Source: Lytechinus pictus
Lineage: Eukaryota
Reading direction: 5' to 3'
Length of the DNA stretch: 64,000 bases
NCBI RefSeq assembly: GCF_037042905.1
Contig: NC_087245.1
Span: forward strand, 1,426,001 to 1,490,000
Part shown: positions 49,601 through 61,600 of the stretch, one piece after another
Layout of the letters: every line of letters starts with the position of its first letter
How positions within the stretch are numbered: position 1 is the first letter of the stretch
Translations under genes and position numbers: made by a program
Notes under the pieces: generated by a model
Databases searched by the model: none
What the model was told of the DNA's origin: nothing
Seen by the model: the letters and a program-made list of their open reading frames with translations, nothing else

Positions 49601-52600
49601 AAAATGTTTCCCAGGAATTAAATTTTAAGGCAAGGTACTTATTTCTACAAGATTATTAATCATATCAGTTCTAACATGCAAATAGCCAAAAATTGCTCAT
49701 CTCACCCCCCCCCCCCACCCCCCGGGTTTCCCAACAGCTTGTCACAGACTTGCCAACCAGTACGTTTTAGGCGTATTTAGTACGTTTTTGCAACCAAAAT
49801 ACGGCAGTACGTTTTATGTAAAAAAAAAATCATCTCTATGTCTCTATATTTCATAAAACGTACACAAATATGGTTATTAGATCAATGTAATTTCGGGTAA
49901 CTTTGTTTTTTTTTCAATCATTTTGTTAAAACCAAGTGAAGATATACACATGTTTCAATGTTTTTTTTTTTCATCTGCAAGAGCAGCGCGCAATTTAGCT
50001 TGCATGCAGCTTGAGCGCCGCGATGAGCGAGTGCGCCAAGCATTTTATTATGAAATACACTTTTTTGGGGGAAAATACAGTTTTTTTTATCACAGAATAC
50101 AGTTTTTCATTCCCAGTGGTTGGCAGGTCTGTTATCAGCTATCAACCTCTACCCGGCTGCGTGCAGCTGAGCTTTTCAAAAGCTACCTACATGTACTACC
50201 ATACTCAACAAATCATGATATCTTGTATGACCTATCATAAACCATAATGACCAAGTGATAAAAGCACAGTTGATGGTTTGAACTTTAGTTTTGATAATCT
50301 CCCAAAAGTGTAACTTTTCTATTTCACCCCCCCCCCAAAAAAAAAAAAACCTTACCCACGGGGACCATTTATGTTCTCTTTCTTGGCAAGCAAAAAATAA
50401 AGAAATGAAGTAAAAATAGGTGATCTTGGAAGGCGCTGGGGGCGAGGCCCGCTTAGTCTCCTTAGATCTGCACGTGCTATGAGGTCTTCATGTATGTCTT
50501 AGAAGTCTTGCTATTTTAGATTTTTTTATCTCTTTTTGTAGTGCTGCCAAAGTTTGATGTTTCAATTCGTCATCCATCCTTTATCTATGCTGGTGCTACT
50601 GATCCAATCACTGTGACGATATGTGCAAAGTAAGTCTTATTCGTACATGAAGTTAGAGTATTCAATTATCCAAGGCTTTGATACGACATTATCACAATTT
50701 ATCATCCCTGAAGTATAATTGTTAAAAAATGTCATCAATGTTCACAGTGTCACTTTTATTTGCTTTGACTGATTTATAAACACAGATGATCAGGAGGGGG
50801 GGGGGGGGGCAATTGCGGAGAACTGACATAACCTAGGACTCTGGTTAGTTGATTAGGGGTTGTAAGGATTATAATGTTTTGGTATTATTATTGCATTTCG
50901 AGGCAGATTTCTTGTCTAGAACATATACCTTGATTGTAATATTGTGCGATAGTGTGAGAGACAATGTATCATAGAGTCAATGATGACTCTTTTATTAGTT
51001 TTATGTCAAAATATTTGTATATCATCATATCCTGCAACTCTTATCAGTAAAACACACTTTGTTTAATTTTTGTATCAGCTGCTGTCTATGTTTATTTCAT
51101 TGAGCAGTGTGAATTGAACTTAATAGCATCAAAAAGGAAGTTTGTGTACAGATATTTAATCTGTACATACAATATGAATCTGGGATGTAAAGTGTTAAAT
51201 TTGTTTTAGAAATGAACAGAAGTCAAGAGAAGCAGGATATCAGATTTCCGATCAGAAACGAAAGTGATTTTAAGTATTTTAGTGCGTGGTTAATTCAAGT
51301 ACAGTTCAAGCAACAAATTGACAATCCTGTACATTATAAACCTACATCACTGTATTAAATTGAGTTTTGGCTGAGCACTTCAAATATCACCACAAGGAGT
51401 TAATTTCTTTCAACAAGAAATTTATTCACATTATGCTGCACTCAACCCAGGCTAGGTAATTAGGGACCAAACAGGAATGTATTCCTTTAAATGCAGAGTA
51501 CATAAATAGTGCTGCAAGCTAGATTCATGCCTGGATGAAGGCATTACTTATAGATCCATATGGCGTCCGTCCGTCTATTCATCACAATGGTTTAAAGTTA
51601 ACTAGCAAGACTCTCTTTATGATACATAACTTGGATACTGCTTGTCCAACTGCATGCAAACTTGGGTAGTATGTTAAATCCAGTATTAGAGCTTTGTAGG
51701 TTAAGACTCTCAATATACTCTTTTATCTTTTAATGGAAAATTCATTCTTAAAAGATTTAATTATGGTTACCAAGCATTCGTTAATAAGCAGTGCATAATT
51801 AACATACAAATGGGCTACCGGTAATTAAAGGACAAGTCCACCCCAACAAAAACTTGATTTGAATAAAAAGAGAAAAATTCAACAAGCATAACACTGAACA
51901 TTTCATCAAAATCGGAAGTAAAATAAGAAAATTATGACATTTTAAAGTTTCGCTTCATTTCACAAAACAGTAATATGCACATCTCGGTCGGTATGCAAAT
52001 GAGGGAACTGATGACATCACTCACTATTTCTTTTGTATTTTGTTATATGAAATATGAAATATTTTTATTTTCTCGTTATTGTCATGTGAAATGAGGTTTC
52101 ATTCCTCCCTGAACACATTGAATTCCATTATTTTAATATTTTGTGCTTCAGGCAAGGAGGTCCTAATCGTCAAATTCGTAAAAATTGAAATATTGTATAA
52201 TTCAAACAATAAAAAACAAAAGAAATAGTGAGTGGGTGACATCATCGACTCTCTCATTTGGATGTAACTGGCTCGTTCATATAACTATTTTGTTAAAAAT
52301 AAGCGAAACTTTGAAATGTCATAACTTTATTATTTTACATCCGATTTTGATGAAATTTTCAGCAGTGTGCTCGTCTGATTTTTCTCTATTGATTCCAATC
52401 AACATTTTTCTGAGGTGGACTTGACCTTTAAACGCACAGTCACTAGGCACTATATTGTGGTGTGTATATGTTAATCATTTCTGCAGATATAATGTACCTG
52501 GCAAGTGTTGTAATTCTTTTATTTTGATGTTATAGAATAAATTATATTGGCCATTGGGATTCAAAATTTCATGCCCATAAATATACATTTATCAAATATG

Positions 52601-55600
52601 GTAACACTAATGGACATTAAATTTGTTTCTAAACAGGTATACGTATGGTCAGCCTGTACGAGGTCACATCTCTGCAGTTATTGCAGTTTTTGACCAATTT
52701 GACAGACTTCCAGGGACGAGCAGCATGGTATTTGAAGAGGTGAGAAATCAAACTTATAATGAGTTTTGATAGATTCAAATATAACTCAAAATGTGATTTT
52801 CATAAAATTTCTCTGTTTCTTAACCACACAAATTTAGATAAATCCCAATATTATATTGATTTGAATATATCAGAACTATATGTAAGATGGGACCCTGGTG
52901 TTCTACATGATGCTGCTTTCTTTTATTCCAAATAATATCAATATTATAATAGGCTTGTAATGCTTACTGTGCTTTCTTGTATGAGTGGTGGTCCCCAAGT
53001 CTGCGCACCTAACAACTCGAGTTAAGATTTAGCATGAATTTCTTTTTATTTCACAATATCTTTCAGTTAATAATGTTCCTTATATTATTATGAGTAAGTG
53101 TACCAAATATCTCATAAAAATTTGAAAGAAATATGGGATTTTCTTGGAAAAAACCTTATGCAGTCATTGTCAGATTGAAAAAAAAAATGGTACCCCATGT
53201 CTGCGCACCCATTCACTTTGTACACGATTCAGGGATTTTGATGAGAAATGCTGCATTTTTTGAGGCCGTCACATGGAATGCCCAAATTCATTATATTTCC
53301 AGCATTTTTAGTCAGATTTTTTAATGAATATCTGTCTGTATTGCATGTGTAAAGTCTGTGTTTGTTGCGTATCTTCTTTTACTAGTATCGCTCAGATATG
53401 CGTCTGGGCAGACAAGGGGGACTGCGCAGACTTGGGGGAACTTGCCATAATAAATCTTCTGTTTCTGGACCCCATAACACAATAGTTTAGAGGTTGATCA
53501 TTCAGTTGACACAATGTGCATACAATTATCAGTGCAATTATTAACAAAATAAAACCAAACTGAGAATGAGCCCTGAGATCTATAACTGAGCTTTTTATTA
53601 CGATGCCTGGTGGGTTTTTCATAGAGCTGATTGAAATGTTAAGAATAAATGATATAATTCATTTTTAATTTATGAACAGCTTCATGAAACACGCACCTGG
53701 GGTCGTTTCACTAAAGAGGTGTGACTTTAGAGTCATGCTTTATCACCAACAACGCATAATCTGATTGATGGATATACAGTAGTCGTGTATATAATCTGAC
53801 CAGTGTGGTGATGCGTTATATTCTGCACGCAACTGAAATTTGTATGCAAGTTTAAGGGGATGATGCAAGAAAATATTTGCAATCAATTGCAAATATTCTG
53901 TTGCAATTTTACAACTGATAGATCAATTTTAGCTCTAGCAAATCAGATTACACTCCTTGTTTCAAGGAGCAGATAAGCAATCAATCAAGAATTTGCAATG
54001 AATTGCAAGACAGATAATTGATTTAGGGACCCTCAAAAGGCTTGCAATTGATCGCAAGTTTCTTGCAACACCCCATAAGTCACACTATAATCTTTGTGAA
54101 ACACCCACCTTAGGGGTGTTTCACAAAGATTTAAGTATGATCTAAGAGTCCCACTTAAATACAGACACGTATTCAACAAGCAATCTTATTGATCAATACA
54201 CAGTGGCGCAGCTCCTCTTGGCATGGTCTGACCAGTGCAGTCATGCCTTTTATTAGGCACACAACTAGGCATTTAAGTGCAACTGTAAGTCATACTTGAT
54301 TCATTGTGAACCCCACCCCCCCCCCCCCCCCCCGGTCTTCCTTTTATTAATAGGAAGCTGACGAGGACACAGGTTGCAAAGATATTACTGTTGAAGCTGA
54401 GAGTTTATTGCGAGAAGCACTTCAGTCAAGCTATTTTCGCCGTCAGCTGAGCTTGTATGTCTCTGCTCATTTCACAGAAAGGGGCACAGGTAATCCAATG
54501 CATTAGGTATATTGTATCATCTTTGAAATAGAGCTGGCCAAAAATGTAATCTTTTTTTTTCTTCTATGGAACAAACTTCTGCATTTCTGATGTATTAAGT
54601 TGTATAAACAAGAACTACTTTGATATTATGGTTATGCTTTCATGGCAGCACTAGTTCAATATTTAGGTTGTGTCCTATGAACACACTTACTCTGTAGATA
54701 TTATTCGTTTTCAATTTATGACGTGTAGAGATAGAATCGTGAAATATCTTCTCAAACTGAATTAAAATCAAATACTGGTATATGTTGTTTGGCAAGAGAA
54801 ATTCAAAACATATCCTGTGTTTACATGATCAGGAAGGAAAAGGTCATTTAATGAAGACCTGATGACCCACTTACAAAAGCACGTTTTTCCTGTTTGGATA
54901 AACAAAATTGTTAATGCATTATTAAATAAAAATCTATCAAGTGTTCTCTGGCATACTAGTAAATGATTCTTTAACTCATTGGAAGTTTTGTTGTTGCCAT
55001 AGATTTTAAGAGATTTCATCTAATCCTTCCTGATTGTCAGATCTACCCAAAATCAGAATTATGTGTAATCAATTAATCAAGAAAGAAAGAAAGAAAGAAA
55101 GAAACAAGATGAAGTGAGTTTGAATTGCCCTTTTTTTTGCCTCCTCTCTATTATGGTCACAAGAGAGTTTGAAGTCAAATTGTAATTTGTGACTAAAAGT
55201 TCATGTTTAAAAAAGTACTTGTCAGTATAAGGCTTTGTTTTGTATGTGATGTGTACATTTTCCCTTCATTTCTCTCTCCTTCTATCTTTGTTAAAGGTGT
55301 AATGATGAATGCTACTAGTAGAGATGCTAAGATTGAGAAGGACATTTTTTCAATCAAGATTAAAGGCCCGGATTATTTCAAACCCTTACTACCATACCGT
55401 GGAAAGGTAAGTTACCCTTTCACTTTGCCCCAAACAAAATTTAGCAGATTCCACTATTGATAACTGAAAATTAATAAAATACATTACGATATTGATCAGT
55501 TAATACCTTTTGATTATGCTCTGCATCCTGTAAAACATTTATAGCCTTTCTAAAGTCCAGATGCAAGTCTGATGAACCTTCAGTGAAAACATTGGATTTT

Positions 55601-58600
55601 GCTCATTTTTGTACTTTTGCATCCTTTCAAAAATATTTGCATGATGATGAAAACAAATACTATATATGGAATGGACTTGGCCTCTATTCCTTGCAACAAC
55701 AATGTATCATTTTCTTGTGATAAAAAGAGTTTCCTTTGAAAGTAACATTCAATTTCCCAATCACAAAAATGATCTAGTTCAATCTATTTTTTGTGGTTGT
55801 TTTCTTTGGCTGTTGGATAGATGGAAATGGGGGTATTATGGGTAATTATATCATACTCTGAGATATGATTTCTATATAAGAGTGAAAGAAGATCAACCTC
55901 AGTGAGAATAGATAATGAGTGAGAGCTGTGTTGAAGTTTACAATTATTTGCCTATCAAAATGAAGAAATTCTGAGAATAAAAAAAGACTTAGTTGGTAAA
56001 CACTGGTTCTTTGAAATATTTTATTCTCTATACCACAAATTCGCACATAGACATTGGTTTTAATTAATATTCTTTTTTTTTGTCAGGTTGTATTGACTTA
56101 TCCTGATGGTTCACCAGTAGGCTTCAAGACAGTGATAGTTTTGTGTCGTGATGACCGTCAGTCCTATGAAACCCAAGCCGATGGAACAGCTGACTTCATG
56201 ATTGATACAACTCACAGATCTTCAATTGCCTCATTAAGCATTAGGGTAATACACCTTAAGTTGTTGACATTTATAAACAGTTCTTGGGTTATTTACAAAT
56301 TGAAGAATATAGTAAATTTGAATTTTAAAAAAACAGAAGAGTCAAGCTAAATTTCTTTCATTGCTGCTTCAAATGAATAATAAAGGAGTATGGCTGTATG
56401 TAACCCAGACCCATTCTTATTTGCACTTTCCAAAACAAGGCTTTTGGTCTATTCCCCCATTGATGAAATTGAAGGGGACCATTTATTATTTCATTTTCAA
56501 ATGGAGTCTCCCAATATTAACTTGAATTAATAAAATTTAAAGTTAAACGATTATTGGAATGTAGCTAAGTATCACAATAATATACAGGTTCCGAGACTGC
56601 TAGTCAACGCTCACTGCTGAAAATATCTGGATTGTTATGTGTCGGTAGAACAGTAAAAAAAAGGTCATGTTCAAATTTCCAGATGATAGGCGACCTATAG
56701 TCATAGATCACAGGTTGTAGCTCATTCTATATCCAAATCAGTTTCTGCGCAATAAGCAGGGACATTCGTGCCCTATGGACACTACATATTCAGACAGATG
56801 ATAATTGTGAACCTTGTTTCTTGTTTATTATTTCCAGTGTACCTTTACAAAATGCCAAATAGCATCTCCCTGTTGAATCTTACTCTGCATTTCTTATGCC
56901 TAGTCAGCATGAGTGTCTATTATGGCTTCTTTTCTATATATGAATGCTGAGCGGATTCAAGCTAATAGATGCTCTTTATCTACATATTAATGCCACTCAC
57001 TCTATTTTATCTTTGATTCCCCAGGCAGAAGTAGATGAGGCTTCCCAGGCTGATTTACCAGAATATTTCTCTTGGCCCCATACTTCACCGGTATTCAAGT
57101 GGATCACAGCATGGTATTCTCCAAGTGGTTCATTTCTTCAAATCTCAGATATCACAGATACATTATCTATTAATCAGCCCGTTCCTGTTCATCTCCATTT
57201 CACATTGCCAAGGAATGAGACACAGATCACTTTCTTTTACAGGGTAAGTTTGGGAAATCCTTTATGAGTTTAACCCTTTGCGTGCGACGGGCTTCCACAA
57301 AAGCCCAGCGAGTCGTTCACTTAGCTACGACGGGCTTCTACAGAAGCTGAGATATGTTTGGTTTAATTCAATGAAGTTTTTCAGCTTTTTCGTAATTGTT
57401 ATGTACTAAAACCTCTGCCACTATTTCCTTTATAAACCTATTTCGATAACAGATTGAAAAAAATATACAGCTACGTGGGGAAAAATCCTGAAAAAAGGAA
57501 ATCATTTCAACTTTACCCGATTTTTTCGTTGGAGTCTGACGGGGAGGATAAATTTTGTGACGAGCACGTACGCGCGCACACAAGGCCTGATCACGTGATT
57601 TGTTCTGATCACGTGATTTGATCCATATCGTTTTTATAGAATATATACGCTAACATCTTTTCTGCAAGATCGTCACGTAATAAGCTACGCGTTTATTCAC
57701 CATTTTCGTCTTATTTGTTTCATCAAGGAGATATCACTCTAGATAGAATGATATCTCCTTGGTTTCATCGATCGATTGTATTTTCAGAAAAACAAAAAGC
57801 TTGTAATTTCTTAGTACTTTGAGCTGATCTCGGTGCACTTTTGAACTTTTTCCCTCCCCATCATCCCCCTTCTTATTATTTTTGTCTACTATTCTGAAAA
57901 AAAAAGAGAAAAGAAAACAATTCTCGCTACCCCAAATAGCGATTTCGCCGAGATCCGGGAAAATCCCTGTAACGCGCATTGCATTATGGGATAGCTTTTT
58001 CGGTATTACAACTTCCTGTTCGGAAGTCCAATGCACTGTTTTGCCATTCAGATCAACAGTGCCGTCATGCACTACAACACAACGTCGCTTTCGCTCGGAA
58101 AGTTCGTGATCACAACCATCTCTTTCACGATAAAGTTTAACGGCCTTTTGGCTAAAGTCATTAATTCTTCACGACGCTTTCCATTGCAAGGTATTCCTTT
58201 GTCAGTTAAGATTTTTTTAATTCCGAAACTGATTTTTTATCCATTTTGTGGTCGACGAAAAATTGAACAGAACGAATGCTGTATATATTTAGCGTCTAGT
58301 CGAATACGATCGTGGTATCAGGCCGGTCGCTAAATGCAAAATTTTAAGATATTCATTTTTTGTTTAATTTTTTATAACCAAATAAAAACATGAATAAAAA
58401 TTATTTTCACGTATTTTTTAGTTTTATTTATAATTCAAATAGAATAAAACTGACAAAATTAAATAAAAAGTATTATAATCTGTACATATTACGCTGATTG
58501 GCATCGATTTCAGCGTGGTGGAAAACTCAGTATCGCGAACCCCGCGCGAGCATGACTCTTAACCGGAAGTGGTGATGACGACCCGACGGAGTGAAAATTA

Positions 58601-61600
58601 TCTCGTCTCGCGCATTATGAGATTTTTGTTCCTATTTGGGGTAGCGAGAATTAAGCACACCATTCATCTTCTGCTCTTTTCAAAAGGGAAACGTCCATGT
58701 AGTTCATGATATCGGCACTACCCGAACAAAAGAATGTCTGGGTGGCCACTCAAACAAATTCCTTCCGAAAAGAGCAGGATACAGATGGTCAACGCCCCGA
58801 ACAAAAGGAAGATTAGTGTTTATCGGCAGGATGACCCATTGAATGCTTTTCATACTTAGCAATACAAAAAGCTTTTATGAATACTTTTTTTTCGACCAAC
58901 ATACCGTATCTTAAAAAAGAATTGTCTCATTTACCGACAACACAGGTGCTTATGACATCCGTCAGTGATTCATATTGCATAAAAGCGCTACCCCTGGGTG
59001 ATGACGCATATAAGGATGAACGAAGAATCATTTAGGGAAATTATAGAAAAATATGTTCAGATGTCACGGAGAACGAGAGAGAATGAGAAACAGAGATAAA
59101 AGGGGGAATAGACAAGTGCGCTTTTGCTAAAATTCCATAAATATCTACTTAAACGAATAACAACATGACTTTATTTTTTGGTTAGATTACTTTTGAAAAA
59201 TCCCACAACGTTCGTTTGTCGCAACTCGGTCCCCAGACCCTTTTTATCATTATTCTTGATTGACCTTCCCCCCCCCCCCCAGATGGAAATGTTCTGACCT
59301 ACACTCTAATATTGCTTGTTTGTCTCCTCTCTCCGATTTTCTGTTTTTTTGCGAGTAACGCGGTAGAAAAAATAAAAATAAAGACCGTCCTGGCCACTTT
59401 TTTCCCCGTTACGACCCCCCCCCCAGAAAAAAAAAAATCGCATTTGGGGCGCTTACCATGGTTAGCATCTAAACCAAAAAATTTGGAAAAAGATGTTATA
59501 CAGGGACAGCAATGTTTTTTTATGGTGCAGGGGTTGAGCTGTGGGACGGGGTGAAGCGGCAAAAAACACAATTCACAATTTGTTAATTCATGTCATTTTA
59601 CAGAATGAATTTATAATAGGTTAGGTTTTAGAAGCTCTTCATCTTATTTCCTTTTCTCTCCCAGATGAAAACGTTTGCATTGAAAAGTTGCTGGAAACAT
59701 AATCACTTCAAATGATAAAACCAAAAATGAACTAAAAGTTTCCTCGTGCGAAATGGAGGAAATAGAATGATACAGGATGGTAATTTGTTTGTCTGGCGTG
59801 TCACCCGATAGAACCCTCTCAATCCTACAAACTTTTATTCATGTGTGACCTACACTCCCCCCCCCAAAAAAAATGTTGATACCGATCAATATTTTATTGA
59901 TTTTCCTACTTTTTCGCCAATTTCTTTCTTCTTTTTTTTTTTTTACCGGCGAATAGCGTGGTAGAAAAGATTTATCAAAATATCTGATTTAAAAAAATAA
60001 AAAACAGGGGCCATTGAGCGTTTTTTATAATGGAGGGGTTGAGCTGAATGTGGGAGGGAGTGGACCGGCCCAAAAAAAGTCATAAATTTATATAGACTTC
60101 AGATTTTTTTCCCACATGTTTGCTGAAAGGGTGAGGACTGAAACTTCCTACCAACTCCGCTGCCTCTGTACTATGAGATTGAACGATTAAAACGATAGAG
60201 ACAAAAATGAATTCTAACTATTGTGAATGTTTTTTTAATGATTTATATATTACTTTGTTTTCGGCTGTGAAATCAAGGAGACAATATAACAAATGAAGAA
60301 GATAATCGAACAAAACGAAAGAACAAATTAAAAAAACACTTATGATTACGGATGCTATAATTTATTCAAGAAAATTTACTTTCTCTTACTTTCAGTAATT
60401 GCTATTATGGCTCTTTTTGAGGGAATAGTAAGATAGAGAAAGAAACGTAGAAAGTGACAAGAAGAGAATTGGGAGGTATGATTTCAGACTTACAATTTTA
60501 GTCACTTTTATTTGTTTAACACTTTGAAATAATTTCAGGATATTACAAATCGAATACCGGTGCGCAAACTTCAGGAACAAAATTATTTTATCATAATAAT
60601 AGCTGCGTGGAAAATCGAATTAAATGAGACATATAATTTATGAAAAAATCTAAAAAAGAAAATTACTTTTGGTGAAAGATTGAGGCCTCTGTCTTGCCAT
60701 AACCCTAAGCCCCAAGTTCACAAAAAATAGTTTAGTTGTGCATTTTTATACGATGATGATGATCATCATCATATTGTCTTTTGCGAAAGATATCTACCCA
60801 TGTTATCAATATAGAAAATGGAAGATGATATAGAATTTATTGTGAAATGACAGTTACAATAGTAATTTCAAAAGGTTTCTCGAGACATTATTTGAGAAAC
60901 TGGGGGAAAAAAAACCCAAAATTTTCGACATTCCCACTTCAATTTGTAATTCACGTCATTTTATAGAGTGAATTTGTCATGTTAGGTTTTGGAAGCTCTT
61001 CATCTCATTCTCTCTTTCTCTCCCATGTGAAAATTTCTGCACTGAAAATTTGACAAAAGCATAATCAGTTCAAACGCTAAAACTAACAATGAACTAAAAG
61101 TTTCCTCGCCGGAAATTGAGGAAATAGAATGAGAATTTACTTTGAGGCATCCACCTAAAAAAAACCACATGTTTGTTTGACATGTCCCGACAAACCCCTC
61201 TCAATCTTACACCTACCCCTCCCCCTAAAAATTGAAGAAAAAAAATTTCGCCAGTTTCTTTCTTCTTTTTTTTTTCTTTTGTTTTTCAGGCGAATAGCGT
61301 AGCACAAAAGGATCCATATAAAGAAAAAAAAAAGACAGGTTGACCTTATATTTTTTGGGGGGCACTTACCCTGGTGAGAATCAACACCCAAATATTTGAA
61401 AAAGATGTATAAATAAATTTAATTTAGATGCTACAATCATGACAATTTCAATAGATAAAAATAATTCACTTTCTCTTATTGTGACGAACAGTAATCAGTA
61501 GCATGGTTATTTTGGAGGGAAAAGGGAGATAGAAAAATGAAACGTAGAACGAGACGAGGAGAGCGCTGGGAGGTATGATTTCAGATCCACTATTTGAGTC

